64,000 nucleotides of DNA from Amoebidium appalachense (GCA_963693365.1 CAVNZM010000017.1:2843527-2907526); one strand, 5' to 3'; shown: positions 1 to 47,266, counted from the stretch's first letter. Numbers and translations: made by a program. The notes: generated by a model from the sequence alone, not told the origin.

Positions 1-11598
<11,598 letters not shown>

Positions 11599-13836
11599 CT
11601 TGGCTGCTGTGCAACCCTCCTGAGGGAAAAAGAAAGGGTCCAGATGGTAAGAACATGAAGCTGCTGGTATAACAACACGGCAGCTTAAAGCATAGAAATC
11701 TTTAAAAAGAGACACAAAAAAGGCGTCCTATGTTGATCAGAAAGCACCGTTGCCTGACACATATACACCCCTAGTCACCTAATTAGTGAACCCTGGGTCG
11801 TCTTCACAGAGTGTGTCTCTCTCGTCTGACCCAGGTACACCTAAGCTAATTTATAGTAATATGACCACAGCCGTGTCGTCCTCAGTCCCTAGAGCCATGT
11901 CTCCTTCTCACCCGAATTCCTTTGTCACAGCAAAAGGCTGAGCTAATGCTATTCTTCGCTGGATGACCCTCTGACCTGGAGTAGCATGCATGATGAACTC
12001 TTGTACATTGTGGGCACTGTAGACAACTTCTCCCCCCCCCCCCCCCCCCCCCCCCCCCCCACCTCCCCTCTCTCCTCCTCATTAGTGCAGAAACAATATG
12101 TTCTCATCGGGTCATACAACATTCGTTCCCTACTTACTTTGTCACCAGAAGCTTTGGTATTCTACAAGTATCCCACTCAGGCAAAAGTCCACATCCTACG
12201 AATCAACTCAGGTGTAGCTGCCAACTGGTCAAATGCTCAAAGCAACACGCGTTGAGGCAAGCCTGTTCGTTTTAAATCGAAATACAACACAAATAAAGAA
12301 GTCAAAAGTGGCTTGACCAGTGATAATGGGGAAAAACTACAAGAGATGCAAGAGAATGAGGGACTCTCGTTCTTGGAAAACATGAATCGTTGAAAGGTTC
12401 GTCACAGCGGAAGTGTCTCGGTTTGTGGAATTTTGCCTTGCCCGGGTGGCTGAACTTGGCAGAGTGAGTGTAAATTCTGGCACCCAGGCAACAAATGGCT
12501 TGTCTTTCCACTCACAAAAACCTGAAATTACATGGCTTGTAAACTGTTACAATAATTATCGCTTTTCTAACTAATATTAGTTAGGTTTTTGTAATTTAGA
12601 ATCAGCCATCAAATATATTCCTGGGGTTTATATACTTAAACAAAGCTTCTTCAAAACACGGTGAACCGTGAAGGCACAGTTTACCCCTCTTTAGGTTGCT
12701 CAGATGCACCAATAACAATCTTGATCTTCTGAGTCGTGTCTGGAATGTGACAAATAACCAATTAGAATGCTATTTACTAAAAAATCAATCAATCTAACCA
12801 ATCACCACCCAGATTTTACACACATGGTTTTTTGAAAAGAATCATAGGCTATAAACTAATGCTCTGATTTTGAAAAAGAAAAGCAATCTCGAGTACTAAT
12901 ATTTTATAACTGAAAAATAACGACACTTTTCTACTAGTCTAAGCTATATGGGATCAGGGGTACAGTCTGGTGACCCGGTAACGCTCCCTTCACTCTCCCT
13001 GGATCACGTTGTTGGCGTTGCCACGCTCACATGGGCAACTGACCAATCACAAGTATCATAAATGTTGATTGGGTGACACAAATTTTGGTGGAACGCAGGG
13101 GCGGCAGGGCAGGGTGACGTAACACGTTCTCAGTGATGTTTGAAGAAAAAAAATAGGCGCCTACAGTATGTACCGTACAGCTCTGTCAGTGACAGTGAGG
13201 CTGTGTGTGTTGTATGATCATTGACACAACTATGATTGCTGAATGGCAGCAGGAATTGTGTGCAATATTGATGTGCGAGTGATCATGTGAGTGAGTGAAT
13301 GAGTGAGTGATTGAGGGAGTGAATGGGGGAGTGAGTGAGTAAGTGAGTGAGCGAATGAGTGAGTGAGTGAGAGAGTGAGTAAGGAAAAGAGAGGGAGAGG
13401 AGAGATGGCACGTGTGTGTGTGTGTGCGTGCGTACGTGTGTGTGTATGTGAATGTCAGTGTTGTGTGAGGAGGGAGGGGGGGGGGGGGGGGGGGGAGGAG
13501 GAAACCAGGCGCAGGGTAGGGGGTAGCAGCCGCAGGGCTACGAGTTGGCCCGGAGGATTCATAGCGTGTGTGTGCTTTTGTGGCTGTGTGCGTGTGTACT
13601 CGTGTGTATATACATGTCTGTGTGTGTTTGCTTCTGTGTGTGTATGTGTTGATCTTGTTTCTGTACAAAGTGTGTGTGTGTGTGTATGTGCGTGTGCAGT
13701 GTGTCTGCTTGTATGTGCGGTGCATGTGTCTTTGTGTGCATGTGTGTGTGTGTGTGTGTGTGTTGGGCAGAGGGGAGGGAGGGGGGAGGCAACGGTAGCG
13801 AGGCGGAGGTGGTGAGTTGTGTGTGTGTGTGTGTGC

Positions 13837-13899
<63 letters not shown>

Positions 13900-14605
13900 C
13901 ATGCGTGCGTGCGTGTGTATTGTGTGTGAGCGTATGTGTGTGTGTATGGGTATGATTGTATGTGTGTGTGCATGCAGCTGAGGTTTTGCCAAAAATTCGT
14001 CTGTTCTAAGTTAGCTATCATTCTGCTTGTGCGCTTAAGGAGGCAACATCTTAAAGCATCTTGGAACATCTTGCGCCTGACAAAGCCCATCTACTATGTA
14101 AAATTGTAATTAGGTAACTCTTGTGCACCAGTGGCTGGGGCCGCGGTTTTTGCTTACGAACCACCACGGGTCGTTCCAACCATGCCCCGAATCCTCAAAT
14201 CACCGTTCCTGACTTGCGCCCCACACACACACCTCTCCCCTGCCGCCCTATGGCGCTGCTTGTTTATTTTTCGCATGCTGCTACTTCCACACACAACCTT
14301 CTTGTTTCACCCACCTCAGGTCACAGCCAGTCAGTGTCTCACCACCCTTACACGCTGGGAGCCTGGGTGCCTGGGACTCGCCCTTTATCGCCGAAGGCTT
14401 ACTAGGAATTAAAAATGCTTCAGCTGTGGTTTATCCGGAAGTTCTTTGGCTTTTGCACAGGGTTTTCAAAAGCAAGGTCCTGTTCAACTTGAAGTCGAGT
14501 GTCGACCCTCCTGGGCCCGGCCCCGGTGTCTGCCCCGAAGCCGATCACGATGGGCGAGACGGGACTTGCACGTGCATATGCATGTGGTCTCCATGGCTAT
14601 GTACC

Positions 14606-14673
14606 CACTGGCTTACGGTGACCGGGCACTACTACGCTGCGTTTTTTGTCCCCCGCGGCAACCAAAAAAAAAA

Positions 14674-14726
<53 letters not shown>

Positions 14727-16153
14727 GGAGGCCGCAGGCAGCCGGCTGACAGCGCTCACGGCAGAGTGTAACATGCACGAGTCGACTGTGTGACGCTACA
14801 TTTGTAAATACATGTACATGCCAGGCCCTGGGTAGCCAGGGTCCGGCGTTTTTATTTGTCTTTCGACAACACCTGGGAAGCTTGACTCCTTCTCGACCGT
14901 TTTACTTATGAATACCACTTCTTGATCGGTAAATACGGGATTTTTGGATCGTATCCTGCAGCCCCTGGTAATCACTCCCGACAGACCGGCGGCCGGCCGC
15001 GGCGGTCCAATCCGCAAATAAGAAGACAATAGCTCCCGAAACTTAGCAAGCTTCATGTTTTTTTAGAGGCCAGAAATCAAACAAGCTATTTTGCCTCAGG
15101 GGAGCTTACCGTCTTCCGCCTAGACACAGATCGTACTGTATAGCACACTCATAAGTCAGGATTCTAATTGACCCCAACTGGCACTATTTTTAGTTACGCC
15201 TTATCCCACGGTTCTAGCCGCAGCAACACTAGTGGGGAAGTGAGCACAGCTCACTTTAACATGACCAGCCGGACACATACACAAACATAAAGACTTGAAA
15301 GGGGAAGAGCCCAGGACGCTGACCCGAACCGTGGCCGGTGACTCGGATTGGTCTCCACACTTGAACGTTGGGCTGGGATGCCCAAGCGGCGCGCCGTCAA
15401 CGTCAGAGGGCCGGTGCTGTTCATGACGTCATGTCTTGCGGCCGGATGATAACAAATTGGTGGTGCTGCTTGACGTGGTCTGGGGTGATGGCTTCTAGGG
15501 GGCGGCCAGACCGGTGGACCGTCGAGGCAGAAAAATCGGAAGTATGTAACCAGGATCGATCCTGCGACTTTGAGCTTGACACGCAGAGATCTTACCATTG
15601 CACCAACCCGCCCCCCAGAAATCAAACAAGCAATCGCACAATTTTCTTTCAATGAGTGTTCAACTCAACCCGCTGAATCCCAGTGGGAAATGGGATAATG
15701 CGATACCACACCATGATATATAGGAAGTGACAGTTACTGTTCTTAATAAGCATGGATGTTCTTGGACTTGGGGCGTAGGATACGGAAAAAACTAGAAAGT
15801 TCATGGTTCTGCGCGCCCTCTGGCGGGGGCGCGCCTGCGGGCCTTACTACACACATTCAGGCACATACAGATATCGATACACACTCTCTATCTGTCATAG
15901 ACACGTATACATGACACACACACACCGGCACCCACACATGTGTACACACGCACACACAAATACACGCACACACACCAATACACAAGCGCACATGCATGTA
16001 CACACACACACACCACACACACACACACACACATGGACACACACACACACACGCACACACACACATGTGCACACACACACATGTACACACACATGTACAC
16101 ACGCACACACAAACACAAACGTACCTGGCATACCCACACACACACACACACAT

Positions 16154-16188
<35 letters not shown>

Positions 16189-16645
16189 CACGTGTACACA
16201 CACACACACACACACACATGTACACACACACCGTGACACACCGTACCGGGACTCAGTCTGTTATTATAATCATATGTATATTCCGAGTTGACCCAGACTG
16301 TCAGAGCCGGAAAGTGTATTCAATGGCATGATACGGTATACTGCCTTGGATGTGTGAGTTCGCAAACAGCTGCGTGTACCTGACCAAGAGGCAAAAATTG
16401 CTATGCCCCAGTCAGCGGCTGCGCATGTGCATGCCCTGCAGCTGCCTGGCACAGGCTGCAGCGCCGGCGCCACCATGGCAACGAGACAGGAACGTTTTTT
16501 CAGAAAAACAAATGGGCGCATAAGATTCGTTGTCACTTCAAGTTTAGTCACTCTGAGTGCTGTCTTCCCTGCGGCCTCTTTGTTTTTTTTTTTGTTTTTT
16601 TGTCCCGTGGCGTAGTAGTGCCCGGCCACTTACGTAAGCCATTTG
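14606..16645. mobile_element. Putative ~2-kb non-autonomous inverted-repeat (foldback/MITE-like) element
   Basis: Left arm ggcttacg..gaccgggcactactacgc...gaggccgcagg...gacagcgctca (14606-14770) is the imperfect reverse complement of the right arm (16545-16645); no TSD or transposase seen. Confidence 0.55.
15087..15614 (-). mobile_element. tRNA-derived SINE with a 17-bp target-site duplication
   Basis: Minus-strand head GGGGCGGGTTGGTGCAATGGTAAG (A-box TGGTGCAATGG) ... CAGGATCGATCCTG (T-arm/B-box-like); direct repeat ccagaaatcaaacaagc at 15070-15086 and 15615-15631. Confidence 0.75.
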
Positions 16646-17557
16646 GTCAATATCATCATCAAGGCTTGGAGTTGAGCGACCGGTCACGTGTCGGTCGATT
16701 TGATTGGTTTACCTAAAATTGCAGCGCGCCATTTCTCTTTCCTCCACCGGTCCGCACGGTCCTCGATCATGTGTGACAATGGGTTCCGCGTCAGGCAGCT
16801 CAGGCGCGCGCTGCAGCAAGTTGCAACCCAGCCTTTGCATTTGATGCACTACCGACCGCACGCAACATAGTGCATAAACAACACGTGTTACATGTCGAAT
16901 ATATGGCGTTTCTGGTACACGTGTGTCCTTATAAATTTTCTTTGGCGCATGGCGGCATGCATATGGGCCGCGTGGCGCGTGCGTAGTAAGTTGCTCAGCC
17001 TTCTAGATCTGTATTTGTTTGCCGCGTGCACACGATGCCATGATGCATGTGCATGGTTTACGTTTGAAACGAGCGCTAAGCAGAAGAAGCAATATCGCAA
17101 TCTCCTTTTGACTATAGAGTGGCTTAAGAAGACATAAAGATATTGCACACACATGAAGTTGGCTGATGCGCGGCGTCTGTGCCGTTGGTACGTGGCGCGC
17201 GAACATGTTGTGACACTGGCATGCAGCCAGCGCTAGCCGGCGCTGGGCATCCCCATGCCGACGTTTGGCGCCGGGGACCCCGCCGGATCTGAGAGTCCGA
17301 GTGCATGTTCCGTCAGTGACGCCACACATACGTCACGTGCGAGCTTGGATTTATTTAATGAGAAATAACAAAACGAAAACATATAGGGAAGCTATAATAC
17401 GATTGAGTTGTATCTGAGACCTGGGAGTCTGGTGCTCACGGCCACCCGGCGCGGGCCGGCATGTGAGGCCGCAAAGTGCGGGCCGAAGGCTCACAGGATG
17501 GAATGTTTCAGGAGTTTTTCGTGACCAGGATTGTCAAATGCATAAGAAAATCAGGAG

Positions 17558-17669
17558 TCATGGGGCGAGTGGCCGAGCGAGACCGAAGTTATTTCGGCGA
17601 GCCGTCGGCAAAATAATCGTCAAGGCGAGCCGAAATAACGAGGTCGAGCGAGGACACGAGCCGACATGA
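17558..17669 (+). other. Imperfect hairpin with repeated tandem GA/GA mismatches
   Basis: Left arm tcatg-g-ggcGAgtggccGAgcGAgaccGAAgttatttcggcGAgcc pairs with right arm ggcGAgccgaaataacGAggtcGAgcGAggacacGAgccGAcatga. Confidence 0.85.
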
Positions 17670-19197
17670 TCCGGTTACGATATGACCCATAAAGATTTAG
17701 CATTCACTTTATTGATACATTATGCAAACTTTAACTCGGTTATTTGATTCATATATCATTACATTCATATTTCAGGCTCATTTTCCTAGTGATCGCTTTG
17801 ATTGGCTAGCAGCGCACTCACCCATTAACCCGGTTATTCGATTCCTCTAACCCAATAGAAATGTCCATAGCCTGGTTATTTCGGTGAGTGCGCTCTAGGC
17901 CAATCACGGCAAGACTAACTGAAGTTAAAGGTCGTGTCGTCATCCAATCAGATCACACCCCGACTCTCGGAATATCGTAACCCTAGGTTCTATAAGCGTC
18001 CATTGGGCCTCTGTGGATACTAAATGGATAGTTCCGCGGCCCGGCGCATGTGCCTGAGTTTCGGAGATCGGCTGCCTGCCGTCCATGGTCTATAGAACTT
18101 AGAACTGAAGTGCGTTATTGCTTGAGCCCCCTGGATATTGAACTTACTAAGGCTCAAAATTATTTTCAAATTTCAAATAGATCAATAAAGAAACCATTGC
18201 TCGTATCTATGGGGCCTTTTTCAAATTTTGTGCTATCTAAACGTTTAAATATCATCTATCTTGCTGCTATACGTCATTGACACTGTTGCCGGGCAGCAAT
18301 AGTCTCATGGTGTCTTCTTGCATATTATACATTCAAGGCCCTTTTTTACGATTCGCTCTCCGAAAACCCCCCTCAATAACTACACATTCCGCACATAACT
18401 CAAATGTGCGGAAATCGTCATTGATTGGCTCAGTGCGCATCTAGTCTAAGTCCATGCACCATGTGGGTCCATAGCAGGGTATGAAAATCCTTTTTGGCAA
18501 TATAAGTGCCATTTTAGCAGCTTTCCCGCCTGCCTGGTTGTCCTTAATAGAGCCACCAAACGTTTTTAGGGGTATTTTTTATTTACATATTGGCTTTACG
18601 GAAGCCTTTGTCTATAAAGTCTGTGGACATAGCCTCAAAAATTGGGAACAGTTTTCGGACAATTCTGTGGCCATCAACTGACTAATTTCACAGCCTAGTC
18701 CATAGTGCAAGTTCGAACAACCCGACGGGCTCAGCCGCCCGCACTTACCTTAGCTACAGACTTCCTTTGCTCTTTTTTTTTTGCCTTAAGGGGCACACTT
18801 TCCAATTCCAAGTGATGAGCTGCAAACAAAATATAATGGTAAGTTATTCTCCGGATAGTGTGTCTCTTTAGACCATGCGATGACCATGGCGATGGCGGTG
18901 GTTGTTGGCGTCTCAGCTTGCCAACACCCTGTGTAAAAGTCAGAAATTTGTAGAATAAGGGCCTAGAAAGGTAAAAAAACCAAATCTGAACGCTATACAT
19001 CTCCTGTTAAGCCTTTCCTCATATGCTATGGTAACGCGACTTCGTATATATGGAAAACACGTCTGTATCAGTTCAATAGAACATGCAAGGCATGCCTTGT
19101 TATTAACGCATCACAGCACATAAATAGGGCTGTTTCTTAATCGTTCCAGTTCACTTCTTGTAGCCCAATCTCACACCACACAAGCACACACACAAGC

Positions 19198-19228
<31 letters not shown>

Positions 19229-19236
19229 TACGTGCG

Positions 19237-19290
<54 letters not shown>

Positions 19291-19302
19291 ACGCACACAC
19301 AC

Positions 19303-19376
<74 letters not shown>

Positions 19377-19404
19377 TTTTGCCAGAACATTGCATGATAT
19401 AATC

Positions 19405-20808
19405 ATGTCACAAACAGGGCCCCACACGGGCTCCCATCCATCCCTCGCCTCTTGCTCAGGCCGCCTAGGTCCCACGGTGGTCGGTTCAGTCAGCCAGGAA
19501 GTAAACATCGCGTCACTTGAGCAGGCATGGAACGAAAGGGAGAGTGGATGCAAACCGTGCCAGAAAGTGAGCCTACAGAAGCAGGTCACCATAGTGGCAG
19601 TTTTTGTCATCGCCATCCAGGCCGTTTTCCCAACGATTTTCGTACTCGAAATTCTGGACATCGGGCACGTAAAATACACGACGTACACTTATCACGAACT
19701 CTTAGCACTTGCGATAACATGTATGGTCGTAACGGGGTTAGGTCTTATTTCCGTTGTTGCGCTCCTGTTCGTGTACCTTAAGAACAGGTCGAGGTTAAGG
19801 GGGACCGAGAGGATGCCACTCCCCTTCATGCTCATATCCAGTTTGGGATACATCGGCGCAATTTTTTTCACCGGGATCTTATTCCTGGGCCCGTACTGCA
19901 AGGTTATCCCCCCAAGTGTCTACAAGTCGCCTGCGTTTGCAATACCCATCCTCAGCTTTTTCAACGACATCATCCGCGGCGTTGCCATCTGCCCGCTGAC
20001 TGTCCTCATGATGAGAATTATTTTCATATATCTCGGCCGGCCACAATTGTTTCCCCCCCGGTGGCTTCAGCCGGGACACCCATCCCATTCGGGCAGTCCC
20101 CTTCTGGCGAAGCGTAAACATGCGTATGTGTTTCTCTTCATTCTTCTCATTCCAAACATCGTTTTGTACATCTGGGATATACCCAAGTTCCTCATCCTCG
20201 GGTTTGACGGCTTCAGTGATGAACTCCCCGGCACGTATATGTTGGCTGCGATATTTGCTTTTCACTGTGCGCTCGACATGTGGTCTGCGATCAGTCTTTT
20301 TCTGATGAGGGGATTCCTCAAGAAGTATGACCTTGATCAGTCGAAAATGCTCGTCCTCCTGTCCATGTTGTGGACAATTTATACTATCGTCGTGTACATC
20401 CGCACGTATACATCGCAGGGGAAGCACCTCTGGCCGCATCTACTTGTCGTCATGCTACTCGCTGTGCAGATTGTAGTGCTGCTGGTGTATTTCTTCATCA
20501 ACATACGCAACATGCTGATGAATAATGGCGGAAACACGAAGCGAAACAGCGAAAACATCAGTGTGTTGATGAACTCGACAAAAAGGCCGTTTCAAAGGGC
20601 CAGCGTGCACCAACAATTAAAAGACGCCGAAAAGAGAGAGAGAGAGTTGGAAGTGAGCAGAAAGTCGGGGGATGTGGGTGTAAGCGGCAAAGCGGTGGTA
20701 GAAAAACAGGGTTTTGAGGCAGAATTGAGGGAGGGTGTGTACGAGGTAGAGCAGGTGGAGGGGTGTGTGACGGAGGCTGTGGGTGAGTTGAGTAAAGTGG
20801 GGATATAA
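19405..20808 (+). CDS. Intronless multi-pass membrane protein (~467 aa, about 8 hydrophobic segments), family not recognised
   Basis: 1.4-kb repeat-free ORF from ATG 19405; hydrophobic stretches such as VTIVAVFVIAIQAVFPTIFVLEIL, LLALAITCMVVTGLGLISVVALLFVYL and LLVVMLLAVQIVVLLVYFFINI; charged C-terminal tail. Confidence 0.85.
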   Translation: MSQTGPHTGSHPSLASCSGRLGPTVVGSVSQEVNIASLEQAWNERESGCKPCQKVSLQKQVTIVAVFVIAIQAVFPTIFVLEILDIGHVKYTTYTYHELLALAITCMVVTGLGLISVVALLFVYLKNRSRLRGTERMPLPFMLISSLGYIGAIFFTGILFLGPYCKVIPPSVYKSPAFAIPILSFFNDIIRGVAICPLTVLMMRIIFIYLGRPQLFPPRWLQPGHPSHSGSPLLAKRKHAYVFLFILLIPNIVLYIWDIPKFLILGFDGFSDELPGTYMLAAIFAFHCALDMWSAISLFLMRGFLKKYDLDQSKMLVLLSMLWTIYTIVVYIRTYTSQGKHLWPHLLVVMLLAVQIVVLLVYFFINIRNMLMNNGGNTKRNSENISVLMNSTKRPFQRASVHQQLKDAEKRERELEVSRKSGDVGVSGKAVVEKQGFEAELREGVYEVEQVEGCVTEAVGELSKVGI

Positions 20809-20843
20809 AGGGGAAAGTGGCGGAGAGTAAATGAGAGGAGGGG

Positions 20844-20881
<38 letters not shown>

Positions 20882-20959
20882 GGGGGGGGGCTGGGGCGGC
20901 TTTTACGCAATTTTGTAAACGAGTGGTCAATGCAAGTTAGCAACCATGTTTGTTTTTTG

Positions 20960-20993
<34 letters not shown>

Positions 20994-21010
20994 TGGTGGG
21001 TGGTGGTGGT

Positions 21011-21049
<39 letters not shown>

Positions 21050-21385
21050 GGGGGGGGGGGGGGGGGGGGGGCTTATTAGAATATTAGGATATGATGTATT
21101 AAGCAGAATTTATAAAAATAGGCGACCATGTTATAGACACACGTGCTTCTTTTAGCCCTTGAATGTAGTTCGCGTTAGAAGCGAAAAGGCACACTCAATG
21201 TAGACATTGTGTAAATATGCAGTTTTTTTATTGTACGTATTGCTTTGTTCAGTGGTGACTCCTTCGTTCATTAGTCTAAATACATAGTGGGCCACTGAGC
21301 TCATTTTCTTGTACCGGATGAACGACACATAAAGTACACAGGTAATGCACAATTATACACTGTATTGGTAGGTATGTGACGCTTT

Positions 21386-21859
21386 ACACACATGCCCGTC
21401 GTAAGTACACATGTGCAAAAGGGTTTACTTCTTGAAATTAGCATGCCTGGAGCACACTAAAATACAAGTTTTCTTCAGAGTATATTTTTGTTTGAAAACA
21501 ACACAGGCCGCTGTCTCACTCCCTTTGTATATACACTGGTGTGGGCATCACGTGTCATGCAAGCGATGGTATATAAATATAGTTATGAAATTGCTAGGTA
21601 TAAAAAGGAATATAAATTCTTGATGGTATACTTGCAATATTGCAATACTGAATTATAAAATTACTAGGTTTAAAATCATAATATAAATAAAAGATGGTAT
21701 GCTTCAATCGCCAATGAACACTGCCAAACCGGAAGGACGTTTTTCGCAAACACCTATTATTGGCACCCTAACCGTTAGACAGTTGAATCGACGACAATGA
21801 AGAAAGTGCAAACAGACATGTAAAAATAAAAGGAATACAAAGAGTAGGAATATCTGCAA

Positions 21860-21890
<31 letters not shown>

Positions 21891-22061
21891 TGCATGTACC
21901 AATGTTTCGTGCGCATCGTACGGATTAGCCAAATATGGATATTTTGGCGGGAAGTTTTGGCACGCAATATAGGGTTTTTTGAGATGTAGCCTTCAAAACT
22001 AATCAACGAATTGTAAAAATGCTTTTCACTAACTGTCAGTCGGGCAAGTTGCCCCCAGCCT

Positions 22062-22095
<34 letters not shown>

Positions 22096-22961
22096 CCCCC
22101 GTCACCCGCCCCAAATTTTAGCTCTATCCTTTGGTTATGCTTTAATTGTTGAACTGTTGGCAATGTTGAAATCAAGAAACTGTGACAGACAGCCGACCTG
22201 CCAAGATAACACAAACAAGGAATGCAATGTTACTCTGGTACACAAAGAAGATGCGGCCCTAGTTCTACACCAATAATCATTCGGATAATGCCATATGCAT
22301 GGGGCCTTGGAAAAAAAAATCTCCCTTCTAATACATAGGATGGTGTTATGTATTAGAAGGGAGAAATTTTCAACATTGCCAACATTGCCAACACACATGC
22401 CCGTCGTAAGTACACATGTGCAAAAGGGTTTACGTCCTTGAAATTAGCATGCCAGGAGCACACTTAAATACAAGTTTTCTTCAGAGTATATTTTTGTTTG
22501 AAAACAACACAGGCCGCTGTCTCACTCCTTTTGTATATACACTGGTGTGGGCATCACGTGTCATGCAAGCGATGGTATATAAATATAGTTATGAAATTGC
22601 TAGGTATAAAAAGGAATATAAATTCTTGATGGTATACTTGCAATATTGCAATACTGAATTATAAAATTACTAGGTTTAAAATCATAATATAAATAAAAGA
22701 TGGTATGCTTCAATCGCCAATGAACACTGCCAAACCGGAAGGACGTTTTTCGCAAACACCTATTATTGGCACCCTAACCGTTAGACAGTTGAATCGACGA
22801 CAATGAAGAAAGTGCAAACAGACATGTAAAAATAAAAGGAATACAAAGAGTAGGAATATCTGCGATCTAAAAAAAAAATTAAAAAAAATGCATGTACCAA
22901 TGTTTCGTGCGCATCGTACGGATTAGCCAAATATGGATATTTTGGCGGGAAGTTTTGGCAC
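21386..22961. repeat. Two near-identical ~570-bp AT-rich direct repeats separated by ~430 bp
   Basis: acacacatgcccgtcgtaagtacac...ggcgggaagttttggcac at 21386-21963 and 22391-22961. Confidence 0.95.
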
Positions 22962-23941
22962 TAGTACGTGCAGTCCACAATTGTGGTCGCGAACCAATAA
23001 AAGTAATACCAGGATTGCACAAGTATACATAAACAAATCCCGGATTGCGAGCGGGACTTGGTAATTTGAGGCAATATAATCATCATCATAATCGGCATCG
23101 AAGTTTTTACAAGAAGAGTATTCAGCTGAAGCACAATAATTCATTATATTGATCTAAACTTTGGGGGCAGCGCCAAAATATGGCCATATGGGCAAGCAAT
23201 ATCACAACATCTTTCCAATGCATATGGCAGACGTCCATCACGCACACCGTGAGTAGCAAAGTGTGTGAGCGTTGTGGGTGTACGAGAGGCAGTGTGTTTG
23301 CGCAAGATTGAATTGCTCAACATACCTCGGATGTGCCAACCTATAGCTATTGCCTATGCATCCCCCCCCCCCCCCCCCCCCCCCCCCTGCAACTGGGGTG
23401 TACATGTGTGTGTGTGTGTGTGCGCGCGGGTCTGTTTGTGTGTGTGTTAACGTTGGGGGACGGGGACGGGGGGGGGGGGGGGGGGGGGGGGGGGATGCAC
23501 GTGTTAAACACCCCTCCGAGTCCGTCCTGAAAGTACTTTGCCCCGCCCGGCCCGGCCCGGCCTGAAAATATGCCGGGCAGGCCGCCCCGCCACATGCACA
23601 TCTCTGGGTAGTAACACACACCCAACCATGCCGCAACACATTTAACCCCAGACTGAGCGGATAATCACACAGCCATATATGGCTAATCGGAGCTGCATCG
23701 TGTCCACAGTAAGATCAAGATACCAGATTCATTTTTTTACTTTTGTTATATCGGTGCCAGATCTTCCAAGGATCAAGCAACTATTCTTTAAGCACCCCTT
23801 AAAGGTACGCTAAGATTTACACTGGTGCTATTCTTGGCCCTAGCCTATCCTTAACATTCTACGGGTGGGCGCTGCCGTCTCACCTCAGGCTCTACAAGTT
23901 TAGCTATACCGGCCGAAAATAGGCAATAATATCTTAGAACC

Positions 23942-23982
<41 letters not shown>

Positions 23983-24691
23983 AGCAAAAAAAAAAAATTG
24001 ATACCGAAACACTAAGACCCCCCCCTCTTCCCCTCCCCTCTCCCTTTCCCCTCCGGGTTTAATTATTAAAAAGCAAAACATTTTCAAAAAGAGGGTTACA
24101 GAGGAAGGGGTTGAAAATTAAAACGAGTGTAGGAACCAAAAACAAGAGGAATACGGCAGAAGAACACGATAGAACATTGCGCTCTGCTGCGATACCAATA
24201 TCCGCAGCATATCGCACGAAACCCAGGGTTAACACTTATTACGACATACACTACTTGCTTTGCTGGGTGTTTCCAAACGACTGAAATTTGATACTGCTGG
24301 GGTACAAAACCATACCGTGCAGCCTACTGAAACCCCCTTAATATTTTCCGTGAATAAATCCCAAACAGCCATTACATCAAAGACAAAAATCCAAAAAACA
24401 AAAACAAAATCCGGGGATTTCGTTCATTTCCCCAGGTGTGTATCAGCAGCTTTAGCTCTTTACACGTAATTTTATGTCATTCATTACGGAAGGCAGGGTG
24501 GATTGCCAAAAATACAGCTACCATTACCAAGGCAATCCAACCCAAAAACCCGAATTCAAAAACAATTCCCGTCCCTTCCCTTCGGACACTGTCGGAGGCG
24601 GCACACAAAACTTTATGAAAAGGAATCGAAAAAACGGAAAAAACGGTGAAAATCACCGGGAAAAGCACCGGAAAACATATTATCCACCCAA

Positions 24692-46404
<21,713 letters not shown>

Positions 46405-46464
46405 TTCAAGCCCTTGCACCTTGGTGCCGCACAACGATCACCTCGCCTGTTTTTTTTCTTTTTT

Positions 46465-46653
<189 letters not shown>

Positions 46654-46955
46654 GGTGGGGGGGGGGTTGATGCAGGCAGAGGGGAGGAGCGAGAGGGGAG
46701 AGAGGTAGAGGAGTAGGAGAAGGGGAAGGACGGGAAGGGAGAGGGTATTTGCATAATGAAACAACATGTCTGCGAGTTGAACAGAGTATTATTTCTTCAA
46801 CTGTCAAAACCATCGAACAGAAATAACAATAACATTGTAGTGGTTAAACAAGCATATGTTCATAGACAAAATAAACACAGAATGTGTCATCCTAAGGTTC
46901 GTGCACGCATGCACACAAGAGTGCACGCGCACGCGCGCACGCACGCACGCACACA

Positions 46956-47006
<51 letters not shown>

Positions 47007-47033
47007 GCGCGCACGCGCACGCGCACACCCACA

Positions 47034-47077
<44 letters not shown>

Positions 47078-47091
47078 CACACGCACGCACG

Positions 47092-47132
<41 letters not shown>

Positions 47133-47230
47133 TAGCATATTCAAGAGGACGCATACACACCACATGTGCGCAGGTGCGCACGCACGCACGGGCATACGTG
47201 TGCGCATGCGCGCACGAGGACCCGCCAGCC

Positions 47231-47266
<36 letters not shown>

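Noticed and set aside
15545-15614. Functional tRNA gene
   Set aside because: Acceptor and anticodon stems do not pair; the TSD-flanked context indicates a SINE head.
14627-16620. CACTA transposon (cactactac...gtagtagtg)
   Set aside because: The inverted repeat continues ~20 bp beyond CACTA and there is no 3-bp TSD.
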